From a virus: a stretch of DNA of 56,585 nucleotides. The stretch is taken from IMG/VR virus record IMGVR_UViG_3300010043_000001, positions 1 through 56,585 of that record. The stretch is one strand, 5' to 3'. Both the position numbers and the translations under genes were made by a program. This document shows, piece by piece, positions 32,717-42,227 of the stretch (the first letter of the stretch is position 1; every line of letters starts with the position of its first letter). Under the pieces are notes generated by a model. That model did not search any database, was not told the origin of the DNA, and saw nothing but the letters and a program-made list of their open reading frames with translations.

Positions 32717-33517
32717 ATGAATCGAAGACAACTCCTGTACGGAAGTCTCGCCGCTGGCGCTTACGCTGGCCTCGAACTCCACAACATACACGCTCAACAA
32801 CAACCCGTGACATTTGATGACATTTCTCTCGATCCGCAGGTCCAAACCGGTCAGCAGGCCTCCCTGGCGGCGCTCGTCAACTTCTGCCGCACCAGCCCCC
32901 CAGGAAGTGCTGTCGATCCATCGTTAGTCACTAGCGCAATCGATTGGTCACAACTCTGGACCAATGACGTGATCCAATCCGGGTTGGCAGACCGCACCGA
33001 CCAGATGCTTAGTGGAGGTGACCCCAACAGCCTGACCGGAGCCGTACCATCCGGTGACTACGTGCAGTCTCTCCATGATTCCCTGTACAGCCAGGGAGTC
33101 TATTGGGACACCGGAGATATCGCGGGTATGCTGGCCTCGCAATCATTTCCGGATGCCACCGCTGCCAATCAGGACTTCGGAGGCTTCGGCAATGGACTGA
33201 ACTACTTCGCCAATGGCACCCTTCCATTGCTCTATCCCCCAGACGTGACCGGCTCCCTGGCGCAAGCCAGACGTGCCAGAGCATTGCGTTGGAAAGCAAC
33301 CCGCATCCGCATGATGGGAGCGCGAAAGGACGGTGGGCCTGCTCCGTTGAACTACGACTGCAACGGAGCCAACAAGGCCATCAGCATCCTCACCACCGTT
33401 ACGCTGGGTCTGGGAGTCGCTACGGCATTCGGCTGCATTCCGTGCGGCGTGATTGGCGTAAGTCACGCTCTGCCGCTCATGATCCTGCACGTAACCAAGG
33501 TCATTTACTGTCCATAA
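32717..33517 (+). CDS. Exported protein with Tat-like signal and C-terminal hydrophobic anchor (266 aa)
   Basis: Tracked ORF. The N-terminus is MNRRQLLYGSLAAGAYAGLELHNIHAQ. The C-terminus is AISILTTVTLGLGVATAFGCIPCGVIGVSHALPLMIL. Confidence 0.55.
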   Translation: MNRRQLLYGSLAAGAYAGLELHNIHAQQQPVTFDDISLDPQVQTGQQASLAALVNFCRTSPPGSAVDPSLVTSAIDWSQLWTNDVIQSGLADRTDQMLSGGDPNSLTGAVPSGDYVQSLHDSLYSQGVYWDTGDIAGMLASQSFPDATAANQDFGGFGNGLNYFANGTLPLLYPPDVTGSLAQARRARALRWKATRIRMMGARKDGGPAPLNYDCNGANKAISILTTVTLGLGVATAFGCIPCGVIGVSHALPLMILHVTKVIYCP

Positions 33518-33528
33518 GGAGATGGCAT

Positions 33529-33783
33529 ATGAAAGTCGAATATCTGATGACCGCTGGTGTTATCGCGGCACTGGCGACTATGGTCTGTTGGTACGCCGCA
33601 AAATACGAGCTTGTTAAACTCGGAGTCACAGAAGAGCCGAATCCCATCAGGATATGGAAAATCGCCCGCACAGAGCATAAGACCAGTCTTTGGTTCTGGG
33701 CAATCGCACTGTGGGTGTATTGGATCAGTGCTATGGCGCTGTTTCCATTCGTTGTGTACTTCACCTACTTAGGGCTCAAATAG
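33529..33783 (+). CDS. Membrane protein (84 aa, 2-3 TM)
   Basis: Internal ATG (MKVEYLMTAGVIAALATMVCWY...) of ORF 33103..33783, with AAGGAG upstream. Confidence 0.5.
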   Translation: MKVEYLMTAGVIAALATMVCWYAAKYELVKLGVTEEPNPIRIWKIARTEHKTSLWFWAIALWVYWISAMALFPFVVYFTYLGLK

Positions 33784-33809
33784 GATGCTGTGCTGCACCT
33801 GAGTTGAGC

Positions 33810-35687
33810 CTAGCGGGCCGTCTCTTTCTGGGACGGCCCTTTTTCTTCGGCCTTGGGTCTGAGCAGCACACCCGCCATCTGGATGAAACCTTCGACGTCG
33901 CGATTCTCCATCAACTGTTCCAGCCGCCTCAACTGCACTCCGCTTAAGGTCTGGACACCGACGGATTTGCCGACGGCCATTCCCGCATTGACCAGCATCA
34001 TGTCGCGTACTACCTCCCACGGGTCTCGCACCCCTCGGCCCAATGCCTCAGCAAACCCTACTCCCGTCGCCAATCCATGCCAAATCAACTCGCCGCGCTG
34101 GCCGGTTCGTTTGCGGGCGGTTGCGTCCAGCACATGTGTCGTATTGCGCCACAGCGAATATTCTTTATTGGCCGCGCCCACCAGCGGAAAATCCTCGTTG
34201 ATCTTCGCCCGCAACGTATTGGCGGCTTTCAGTTGCACCCGGTCGAGCGAAGCCCACCTGGGGTCGAGCACGAACATGCCTTTTTCTCCGATGGGATGAT
34301 CCAGGATCTGGCGCAGCTTGCGGGCGTCCTGGAGCGAAATGAAGCGTCCGAGAGACCGGATGCGGTCGTACTGATCTTTAATCTGCCGGTAGGTGATATC
34401 CGCCTGTTTGGTCGGCTGAATGTCCCCGACCGTGTATTCATCCATCATGCCGCGCAGCGCCCGCAATACCGGCCTCAGATCGATCCCGGCGCGGACGGTG
34501 GAATAGATGCGCTCGGTAGTGCCGGGTGCGGTCCCGAAATCTCCGGGCCTCTCGGCACCTACATTTCCCGTGGCCGGTCCCACGTTTCCGGTAAAAGGAC
34601 CGACACCGGCCTGACGGATGGCGGGCAGGCTTTCAGTCTCGTCGTTGATGATTTCAATCGTCGGTCCTGCGGGACCGCGTCCGGGGCCGCGCCCCGGCGT
34701 GCGCACCGTCCGGTATCTGCCGCTCGGAAGGTAAGTGTCCTCGGCTTCCTTGAACGCCAGATCGTAGGCTTTCTCCAGATCCTGTTCCGCTTTATCCAGG
34801 GATTCGTGCGACTGTTCCTGCAACCGGGGAAAGGTCGCCGCCCAGAACCGGCGGGTAAGTAACTCGGGAACTACCTTCTGAGTCTCTCCCTTAGTGATTT
34901 CCTTGGTGGGATCGAGCGCCTTCTCATAGAGCCAGCGGGCGGCGCTGCCCACGCTGGGCGCGGCCCGCTGAATCATATTTCCGACCAGCGGCGCGGCACT
35001 GCCCAAAGCCGTCGCGATGGTCGGGTCGTCGCCATGCAGGTACGCCTGCGAGCCCATCTTGGCACCTTCGAAAGCGCTGCGCATGGCCATCGACGGAAGG
35101 GTTTCGCGAAACACCTCCTCGCCGGTTTTAAGCATTTTTGGAAGCTTGGCGGCGGAAATCGTCGGCATCGCATAAAGTTCCATGAGCGGCTCGGAAAGTG
35201 CGCCGATCTTACCGGGAATGCTGGACGGGGGAGTGATGTATTTGCGGATATCCGGGTTTTGCAGCGCAGAAGGCTTGCCGGTAACTTTCGTGCGTACATA
35301 ATCCGCCAAGCGGAAACCGGGTTCCAGGGCCTTGGCTCCGATTCCGGCGAATACATCTTCGATAGCCTGACCCGCCGGATTGACGGCCTCTCCGAATCTC
35401 TCGAATGCATTGCGAGGAGCCGGACGCATGGGGGTCGCCACCATCGCGTCGCGCACGAATTTGAACCTTTCCTCTTTGTCCATGTCCCGAAAATCTTTGT
35501 TGATCGTAGCCAGATATCGCTCTTTGTCGAAGTAATTCGCCCTGCGAAAATCGGGGTTGGCAAAGACCGTTTTCAGGTCCGGCCCCTCGATGGTCTGATA
35601 AGTCTGCGGCGGTTCGCTCTTCGGCGGGAGTATGTCATCGGAAATGGTCGCGGAAAAGCGAGGCGGCTCCTGGTCCTGCTGGGCCAT
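33810..35687 (-). CDS. Virion-module protein (625 aa), last gene of the late operon
   Basis: Tracked ORF. No motif recognised. Positionally resembles an internal-virion or ejection protein. Confidence 0.6.
   Translation of the reverse strand: MAQQDQEPPRFSATISDDILPPKSEPPQTYQTIEGPDLKTVFANPDFRRANYFDKERYLATINKDFRDMDKEERFKFVRDAMVATPMRPAPRNAFERFGEAVNPAGQAIEDVFAGIGAKALEPGFRLADYVRTKVTGKPSALQNPDIRKYITPPSSIPGKIGALSEPLMELYAMPTISAAKLPKMLKTGEEVFRETLPSMAMRSAFEGAKMGSQAYLHGDDPTIATALGSAAPLVGNMIQRAAPSVGSAARWLYEKALDPTKEITKGETQKVVPELLTRRFWAATFPRLQEQSHESLDKAEQDLEKAYDLAFKEAEDTYLPSGRYRTVRTPGRGPGRGPAGPTIEIINDETESLPAIRQAGVGPFTGNVGPATGNVGAERPGDFGTAPGTTERIYSTVRAGIDLRPVLRALRGMMDEYTVGDIQPTKQADITYRQIKDQYDRIRSLGRFISLQDARKLRQILDHPIGEKGMFVLDPRWASLDRVQLKAANTLRAKINEDFPLVGAANKEYSLWRNTTHVLDATARKRTGQRGELIWHGLATGVGFAEALGRGVRDPWEVVRDMMLVNAGMAVGKSVGVQTLSGVQLRRLEQLMENRDVEGFIQMAGVLLRPKAEEKGPSQKETAR
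33815..33844 (+). terminator. Intrinsic terminator closing the plus-strand early operon
   Basis: GGGCCGTC - loop - GACGGCCC followed by TTTTT. It overlaps the last codons of the convergent gene 33810..35687. Confidence 0.65.
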
Positions 35688-35693
35688 CGGGAC

Positions 35694-38213
35694 TTACTCC
35701 TTCTTCATGCCGGATTTCCTGAGTAACTCGTCGCTCGTCATGCCGCCGCCAACTCCCGCCCCGGTCATGTCGTCCGGCAGCGGCGGGGGTGGAGTCTCGC
35801 CCATGGCGCGGCCCAGCGGGCTGAGCGCATTGGAGCGGATCAGATTGTTCTGCGCAATCCGGCGGGCGACGATGGCGGCACCGGCAGAGCGGCGGATCTC
35901 TTCGACCGTGGCAATCGCGTCCTTCAGAGCCATGTTCCCGTTCACAATTTTCTCCATTTCATCGTTGATGGTAACCGGGATCATGGCCTTCGACATCGCG
36001 CCGCCCGCTGTTAATTGCGCATATTCGCGTTTTAATTCGTTCACATCCACAAGATACTGGTGCAGCACCGGATCGGTGACAAATTCTATCGAGAGGTTGC
36101 GCAAAGGCGTATTGAGAAACTTGCTGTTGGCATCCCGCAGCTTGCGTCCATTCTGAATCATCCGGTTGCCGAACTGATCGATGGTCTGGTTCAAGGTATC
36201 GAGAGCGGCGGCTGACTGCACCTGGAAGTCCAGGGCCTTGAGGTTGCCGCGATATGTGGTCTCGTACTGGAGTATGTTGGCGGGACTGAATCCGAGTTGC
36301 GCGAGCCGCTTCTGCACCAGCAGCCTGCCGCCCCGGATGGCATCGCGTTCGTACTGAGTTCCCCTGGCCCCGGTACCGGGTGCGATGCTGAGAGTCGCCT
36401 GATAGGCGTTGAGGATCGTCTGCTGGTTCTGAGCGCCAGGGCGTTGCGGAGTAGTTGTGGGAGTCGGAGCAGCCGGAGCAGCCGGAGCCTGAGGTTGCGC
36501 AGCCGCCGGTCCCGGTACGGTCGGAGGAGTCTGAGCCGCGATCTGGTTCGCGACAGCAGTGTCCTGCGGCGACAGCGGCGCAAGCTGCGGCCCGCGAAAT
36601 ACGGTCGCACCGGGAGCGCCCGGCTTCACGGTCGTTTCGGTCTCCGGGGGTCCGATCAGATACTTCTGCCCGTTCGGTCCGAACCATACATCCCGCTTCT
36701 GTCCCCCTGGCATGGTCTCCGTGGCTTTGGTGCTGCCCGCAGGAGCCTGTCCACCCACCGGCTCTGCTCCCACCGAAGGCTGCGTGGGTTGGGCCGCGCC
36801 GGGTTCGATAGCGGCGCCGGGTGCGAAGATATCGGTTGGAACGTCCCTGCCGGATAAGGCCGCATCCACATAAGTACGAAGAATTACCGGTGCCAGCCGG
36901 TAGCCTTTTTCCTGCATCCACATCCTGCCTGCTTCCGCGTTGATTGCTTCCCTGCTCCAGTCTGGATGTTGCGTTCTGGCAACGAATACGTAAGACCTCA
37001 GATCGCGGCTTTCCTGCTGGTTCAGCGGTCTGGTACCGGGAAGATTCAAGCGGATGATATTTCCCTGCGGACCCCGCGTTGCTTCATAACCGGTTGCATT
37101 GGGATCGAGTTTGAACTTAGTCTGAGCGGCAAATTCCACCACTTCAGGATCGGTTGGCGAAAGCAACTGGGGCCGTGCAGTAGCGCCCAGCCCGGCTTCG
37201 CTGGCAAACGTATATTCTTTAGTGACCCGGTCGATCCTGGTGTGGTAGCGCATATTGGGATTGGGCTGTCCCCGGCCTTCCCTTTCGAAATAGGTAATCA
37301 ACTTCGGGTCCGTGCCGGGTACGGTTCCGGCAACCGGCTCGTCCTTGGCGGGGGTCATCGGGAAACCCAACTCGATCCTGGACAGCATTTCCTTCTGTTC
37401 TTCGGGGCTGTATTGATCCTTGATCCTTTCGAATACCGCCCGCTGACGGTTCCGCTCCTCCTGAGCGAATGCCTGTTCGGCCCGCAGCCGCACCAGCGGG
37501 TCCTGCTGCAAGCTCTCGCCGGTCAGAGTAAAGCGAATCGCTTCCTGGCCCTGCTCCTGGGTCAGCGCACCCGATTGCATGCCCCGCTGGATCTGGCGCA
37601 GCCGGTCATTCATCATTTGCTCCTGCTGCCGCCGCTGGATCTGTCCCAGGTAGAGCGGATTGTACTGGCCGGTCATGCCCCCGCCCAGAGCCATCAGAGC
37701 GTTGCCGATTTTCTGCCGCCGGGTCAGGGGCGCTTCCGGCGGCACCAGACCGGCAAAGGTCGTCAACGGACCCATGGGGGACGGCACTGACGGCGGCAGG
37801 CCCGGAAGCGGTGCGGGAGGGCGTGATTCCGGCAGATTGGCCAGCGTGCTCATGTCGGGACCGCCGGCATCCGACGGAGCAGCCGGTGACGGCTGATTCT
37901 GCTGCTGCCCTTGACCGGCCAGTAGAGCCAGGAGCGCTCCCTGCTGCCTGCGCCGCATCAGGGGCACTAGTTTTTGCTGGAGGGTAAGCGCCTGTTCGAT
38001 CTGCGGCAGACGGTCCTGGATTTCCTTGGGCGCGTGCTCCCGCGCCGTACTCATCAGATTTTCGAGCGCCAGTCCTTTGAACTGATCGGGCGCATCCGAA
38101 GTGAGCACATACTCGTTCATGCCGGTGTCCAGGGTTTGCTGCTGCATGTCCTGGATCGTCTGCTGAAGCTTTTGCCGGTTGCTGCCGCCGACCAGACTGC
38201 TGATGATACCCAT
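35694..38213 (-). CDS. Large virion-module protein (839 aa) with Q-rich and P/A-rich low-complexity tracts
   Basis: Tracked ORF. Could be an internal-virion, ejection or tape-measure-like protein, judged by position and composition only. Confidence 0.6.
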   Translation of the reverse strand: MGIISSLVGGSNRQKLQQTIQDMQQQTLDTGMNEYVLTSDAPDQFKGLALENLMSTAREHAPKEIQDRLPQIEQALTLQQKLVPLMRRRQQGALLALLAGQGQQQNQPSPAAPSDAGGPDMSTLANLPESRPPAPLPGLPPSVPSPMGPLTTFAGLVPPEAPLTRRQKIGNALMALGGGMTGQYNPLYLGQIQRRQQEQMMNDRLRQIQRGMQSGALTQEQGQEAIRFTLTGESLQQDPLVRLRAEQAFAQEERNRQRAVFERIKDQYSPEEQKEMLSRIELGFPMTPAKDEPVAGTVPGTDPKLITYFEREGRGQPNPNMRYHTRIDRVTKEYTFASEAGLGATARPQLLSPTDPEVVEFAAQTKFKLDPNATGYEATRGPQGNIIRLNLPGTRPLNQQESRDLRSYVFVARTQHPDWSREAINAEAGRMWMQEKGYRLAPVILRTYVDAALSGRDVPTDIFAPGAAIEPGAAQPTQPSVGAEPVGGQAPAGSTKATETMPGGQKRDVWFGPNGQKYLIGPPETETTVKPGAPGATVFRGPQLAPLSPQDTAVANQIAAQTPPTVPGPAAAQPQAPAAPAAPTPTTTPQRPGAQNQQTILNAYQATLSIAPGTGARGTQYERDAIRGGRLLVQKRLAQLGFSPANILQYETTYRGNLKALDFQVQSAAALDTLNQTIDQFGNRMIQNGRKLRDANSKFLNTPLRNLSIEFVTDPVLHQYLVDVNELKREYAQLTAGGAMSKAMIPVTINDEMEKIVNGNMALKDAIATVEEIRRSAGAAIVARRIAQNNLIRSNALSPLGRAMGETPPPPLPDDMTGAGVGGGMTSDELLRKSGMKKE

Positions 38214-38214
38214 C

Positions 38215-39144
38215 TTAGGTCCCTAATCCGTAGAGCGAACTCAAATTCAGGTTGCCACCACCCGACGGGAATCCGGCGGGGTACAGCGAAGCCAGATTTG
38301 CGGAACTGGAACCGGCACCTGCGCCGCCGCCAGACACCAATCCGCCGATCCCGGTCAGCAAAGGACCGGCCACCGACAGGGCTTTCATAATGTCCTGGAA
38401 GGGCGAAGGCTCCTGAAGGTTGAGTTGCATTTTCTGAAGCGCGGACTGGTCCGCCGCCGTGAGGCCGCTCAATCCCTGGCCGATCAGGTTCGTGCCCATG
38501 CCGCCGATTCCCAGGCCGGTGCCCGCGATGCCCTGTCCGATCCCGGCCTGACTGGCACCCACACCCGCGATTCCCAGGCCCTGCTGTCCCAGTAGTTGCG
38601 CGGCTGGCATTTTCAGATTGCCGATGGCCTGTTCCACCAGCGCCTGTTGTTCGGTGGGAAGGTTGGCGCGGGACAAAGCCGTAAATCCACCCTGGATTCC
38701 CTCATCCAGCATGTTTTTCTGCGCAGCCGCCTGATTGGAAAGCGTGGTCGTGGGACCGCCGAGAATGGAAGCGAGAACCGACGGATCGTTGGCTAGAATC
38801 CCGCTCAGAAAATCCGTGGAGGGCTGCATGGTCGCCAAGCCCTGAAGCGTGGTGCCGAAGCCCGCCTGGGACAGATCCAAGCCGCCCTGCGTGACTCCCA
38901 GGCTGACCGGAAGCAGGTTCTGCCCGATCTGTCCCAGCCCCGCCCCGGTAGAGGCAATCAGGTTTCGTAACGACCGGTCTTCCTGAGTCAGGTCGTTGCC
39001 GCTGAAGGGATTCTGAAACTGTATCCCGCTCTGGCCCGAACCGCCCCCGGTAGGCGCAGCCGGACCCAGCATGCCGAAGATATTGGAAAAGGCATTGTCG
39101 ATGCCGCTGGTATTGCCGGGGCCGAAGATGGTCGTCGCCGGCAT
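38215..39144 (-). CDS. Gly-rich virion-module protein (309 aa)
   Basis: Tracked ORF with repeated GxGxG tracts (GIAGVGASQAGIGQGIAGTGLGIGGMG). Confidence 0.6.
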   Translation of the reverse strand: MPATTIFGPGNTSGIDNAFSNIFGMLGPAAPTGGGSGQSGIQFQNPFSGNDLTQEDRSLRNLIASTGAGLGQIGQNLLPVSLGVTQGGLDLSQAGFGTTLQGLATMQPSTDFLSGILANDPSVLASILGGPTTTLSNQAAAQKNMLDEGIQGGFTALSRANLPTEQQALVEQAIGNLKMPAAQLLGQQGLGIAGVGASQAGIGQGIAGTGLGIGGMGTNLIGQGLSGLTAADQSALQKMQLNLQEPSPFQDIMKALSVAGPLLTGIGGLVSGGGAGAGSSSANLASLYPAGFPSGGGNLNLSSLYGLGT

Positions 39145-39147
39145 GGC

Positions 39148-39348
39148 TCACCTCTTGTTGCGGGCGCGGTTGCGCGGCGGAAACCGATCCGCTCCGCGCG
39201 GTCTGCCCCACCAGCGGGCATACTGTCGCGGCCCGCCCGCCTGAGCGGCGCGTTTCAGGTCGCTGACCGCTCCCGCATAGTCGAACTTCTCGCGCAGATT
39301 GGCTTCTACTGCGGTTCCGCCATCGCTGAGACTTCCTGTAATCGCCAT
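39148..39348 (-). CDS. Small protein with Arg-rich C-terminus (66 aa)
   Basis: Tracked ORF ending ...RWWGRPRGADRFPPRNRARNKR. Confidence 0.45.
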   Translation of the reverse strand: MAITGSLSDGGTAVEANLREKFDYAGAVSDLKRAAQAGGPRQYARWWGRPRGADRFPPRNRARNKR

Positions 39349-39357
39349 AAAACCTCC

Positions 39358-39714
39358 CTAGGTCCAAACCTCGATATTGAGCGTATTCGTGCTGGTCGCG
39401 AACACCTGGATGTCGCCCAGCGGCACGCTGTTGCCGGGATAGGTGCTGCGATAGATGCGCGGCGGGCTGGACGGAGTCAGCTTGTACGCAAAATTGGTTT
39501 GGGTGAGCGGCCCCGATATCTGACTGGCCGCGCCTACCGCAATGCTGCCGGAATTGCCCGCGCCCGCCGAGATCTGAAGCTCCACGGCGGTGCCGGGGCA
39601 GTTGGCCGCAAGCTGGTCCTGGATCAGGGTCAGCAGGTTGGCTACGGTTCCAGCGGGCAGAGTGACAGTGCCGCCAACGTAAGCCGCTGGCAGCGATGGC
39701 ATACGCGGACTCAT
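39358..39714 (-). CDS. Small fibre-cassette protein, paralog of 7836..8189
   Basis: Tracked 118-aa ORF that aligns over its full length with the 117-aa protein at 7836..8189. Confidence 0.7.
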   Translation of the reverse strand: MSPRMPSLPAAYVGGTVTLPAGTVANLLTLIQDQLAANCPGTAVELQISAGAGNSGSIAVGAASQISGPLTQTNFAYKLTPSSPPRIYRSTYPGNSVPLGDIQVFATSTNTLNIEVWT

Positions 39715-39717
39715 GGT

Positions 39718-39891
39718 TTAACCTCGATTGGGAGGAGGGGCCGGAAACGGCAGCCCGCTGCCACCCAACAAAGCCTCGGCGGACTTCAGAATCCGCCGCT
39801 TGGCTGCCGGGTCCAGGTACTCCAAAGATAACAGCACACTCCTGAGAGCGTTCAGTTCCTTGTCAAGATCTTGCGGACTTTGCGGACTCAT
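39718..39891 (-). CDS. Small protein (57 aa)
   Basis: Below the track cutoff. AGGAG lies upstream of ATG 39891. Translation: MSPQSPQDLDKELNALRSVLLSLEYLDPAAKRRILKSAEALLGGSGLPFPAPPPNRG. Confidence 0.45.
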   Translation of the reverse strand: MSPQSPQDLDKELNALRSVLLSLEYLDPAAKRRILKSAEALLGGSGLPFPAPPPNRG

Positions 39892-39899
39892 AACTCTCC

Positions 39900-41405
39900 T
39901 TATGCTACTTGCGTTCCGTTCACGAACAGGTGTCCGGTGATATGTACGCTGCCATCGATCGACACGTCGCCGGTCGCACGATCCACCTGGAAGGCAGTCC
40001 GGTATCCGCTACCTCCGGTTTGAGGCAGACAGGCGATCCGAAAATCCTGGTGCATGTCGATGAACCAGATGGTTTCCATCATGGTTCCACCATTGGAGTA
40101 ATAGGTCGTAAAACCGGCTGGAGTGATCATCATCATGGTTTGGGGAAGAATCATATTTTCAAAATCGATCTCCCCCACATAAATGTATCCGTCAACCGCT
40201 GACGAACCATGAGTATGCACGACATCATTGTCAGGATAAAGCTCCAGCCTTAGCTCCTCTCCTTGAGACGCTCCCGAATAGAATCTCATTCCCTCGGACG
40301 CAAGGAACATTCCATCGAAAGCCGCTACCCAGTTATCCGAGTACATGGGATGCCCAAAATAAGTTCCGGCTGTAATTACAAAACTAGGTATCAAAAAGAT
40401 ACCTTCGTTCAGATACTCGGCAACCACTGCGGTTTTCGAATCCCCAGGCCCGCCGGTTACCGAAATCAATCCATGAGCCGTGATGTCCCGAACCCCGTCC
40501 AGACTATGATCGTTTCCCCAGATATCCGATAGCCACGGGCTTTGATCCGCGTTATATCCGCCGCCGCCGCCGCCACCCGTTATCGGCGTCCCGTTATGCA
40601 GAAACTGTCCGGAGATGTCAATATCTCCATCTACCGTGAGCTTCGAATGAATCCCCACATCGGCATTGATGTCCACCGTATGCTGGCGGAAATCGAGCGT
40701 CATCATCCGGTAGCGGGACGTGGCTGGAGTAAAGAAGCCGTCGATGTTCAGATGCTGGTTCTCATTGTTCAACGCCCAGTAGTTGCCGCCCCAAACCGCC
40801 TGAACCCGTAATCCATCGAGATTATCGCCATGGGCGATGAAGGTTTTCTGCCATAGGTGCAAATCGCCCAGGCTCTGGATTTCGTGGTCCTCGCGGTACC
40901 GCCAGAATTGCAGCATAGGGGACGGATTTCCGGCATCGTCATAGCGCAGCAATATCAGGTTATTGCCGACATCCTTGCGCAGCGACCAGCGGCGCGGCGC
41001 GGGGCCGGAACCGGACCAGGGCCGTTCCGAGCGAAACACGACCTCGGAACACTGATCCGTCATCCCGGTAACCGGGCCTGCCACTAACTCCACCGAGTGC
41101 AGGTAATTGGCATAAGGGATAGTTGGATGAATATAGCTGGCTCTAATCAAGCGGTTGCCGATCTCGATGTCTCCATTGACTCCCTGGACCGAGAGAGCGC
41201 CGGTCAGAGTCCCGCCGGTCAGCGGCAGGCGGTTGGCAACCTGCTGCTCGACATAGAGCCTGGAGGTAGCTTCGCGGTCCGTCGCCGGACTGTCGGTATA
41301 AAGGATCAGCGGCCCCAGCATGGTGCCGCCGGACCTCGGCAGGAATAGCGAGGGATCTAGTCCGCCGCCCGATGTGCCGCCGCTGCCGCCGCCGAAAAAT
41401 CCCAT
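39900..41405 (-). CDS. Tail-fibre protein 2 (501 aa)
   Basis: ATG 41405 within ORF 39900..41447. N-terminal GGTMLGPLILYTDSPATDREATSRLYVEQQV and LTGGTLTGAL are typical fibre N-terminal motifs. Confidence 0.7.
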   Translation of the reverse strand: MGFFGGGSGGTSGGGLDPSLFLPRSGGTMLGPLILYTDSPATDREATSRLYVEQQVANRLPLTGGTLTGALSVQGVNGDIEIGNRLIRASYIHPTIPYANYLHSVELVAGPVTGMTDQCSEVVFRSERPWSGSGPAPRRWSLRKDVGNNLILLRYDDAGNPSPMLQFWRYREDHEIQSLGDLHLWQKTFIAHGDNLDGLRVQAVWGGNYWALNNENQHLNIDGFFTPATSRYRMMTLDFRQHTVDINADVGIHSKLTVDGDIDISGQFLHNGTPITGGGGGGGYNADQSPWLSDIWGNDHSLDGVRDITAHGLISVTGGPGDSKTAVVAEYLNEGIFLIPSFVITAGTYFGHPMYSDNWVAAFDGMFLASEGMRFYSGASQGEELRLELYPDNDVVHTHGSSAVDGYIYVGEIDFENMILPQTMMMITPAGFTTYYSNGGTMMETIWFIDMHQDFRIACLPQTGGSGYRTAFQVDRATGDVSIDGSVHITGHLFVNGTQVA

Positions 41406-42208
41406 TATGCGTGTCCTAACCTGAGGCTGAAAGTAGCACCGCCCCAATCCGCAATCACATAAAAATGCTCCGGGGTGTGAATCTCGTTGTCCCCGGTGCC
41501 CGGTGGGAGCGTAGTCGCGAACGGATCGTTGACCGTGGGCTCCACGTTGGCCCGCATGTAGAGATTGCCGGGACCGAGATTCATGATGTACGCATGGTAG
41601 ATGTCGTTCTCAGGCGGGACTAGTTCGTATACCGTGTTTTCCAGAATCGTGACGGTATTGAAAATGTCCAACTGGATGGGCGCGGAGAATCGCCCCACCG
41701 GTCCCAGCGGTTTGAAGTTCGGATCGTCGCCGTCGGGACCTTTGGCCTTGGGTGAAGGGGTAACGATCCGCGACAACTGCTGGACTAGCTGGCCTAGTTT
41801 GCGCTCGATCTCCGGCATGGTGATGGGAGACATGGTGACCGGCGGTATTTCCACTACCGGCGGACCCATCTGAAGCAGGGCTTCCACCCGGTCCACCAGT
41901 TGCTCCACGGCAGGCAATTTGACCACGGGTGCGGGAGGTGCAGGAGCGGGAGGGGGCAGCAAATCGCGAAACATTTTCATAATGCGCTCCTGGTCGTCGC
42001 GCCGTCCCTTCTCCTGCCTTTCCAGGTATTGTGTGAACAGGCGCTCCATGTCCAGGCTGTCGGTCTTGGCGGGCAAAACTGCAATTTCCAATTTTTTCTC
42101 CGGCTCCGGCATATGGCCATTGCCGTTTTTGCGATACAGCACCAGCGCCGCAATGCCGCTTACGGTGCCCATCACGCCCAGCGTTCCCACAACTAGATCC
42201 ATCAGCAT
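41405..42208 (-). CDS. Membrane-anchored fibre-cassette protein; C-terminal domain paralogous to 8186..8596
   Basis: Tracked 267-aa ORF with an N-terminal TM (LVVGTLGVMGTVSGIAALVLY). The C-terminus is FNTVTILEN...YIMNLGPGNLYMRANVEPTVNDPFATTLPPGTGDNEI. Confidence 0.65.
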   Translation of the reverse strand: MLMDLVVGTLGVMGTVSGIAALVLYRKNGNGHMPEPEKKLEIAVLPAKTDSLDMERLFTQYLERQEKGRRDDQERIMKMFRDLLPPPAPAPPAPVVKLPAVEQLVDRVEALLQMGPPVVEIPPVTMSPITMPEIERKLGQLVQQLSRIVTPSPKAKGPDGDDPNFKPLGPVGRFSAPIQLDIFNTVTILENTVYELVPPENDIYHAYIMNLGPGNLYMRANVEPTVNDPFATTLPPGTGDNEIHTPEHFYVIADWGGATFSLRLGHA

Positions 42209-42227
42209 AACCAGTCCTTTACGGGCA

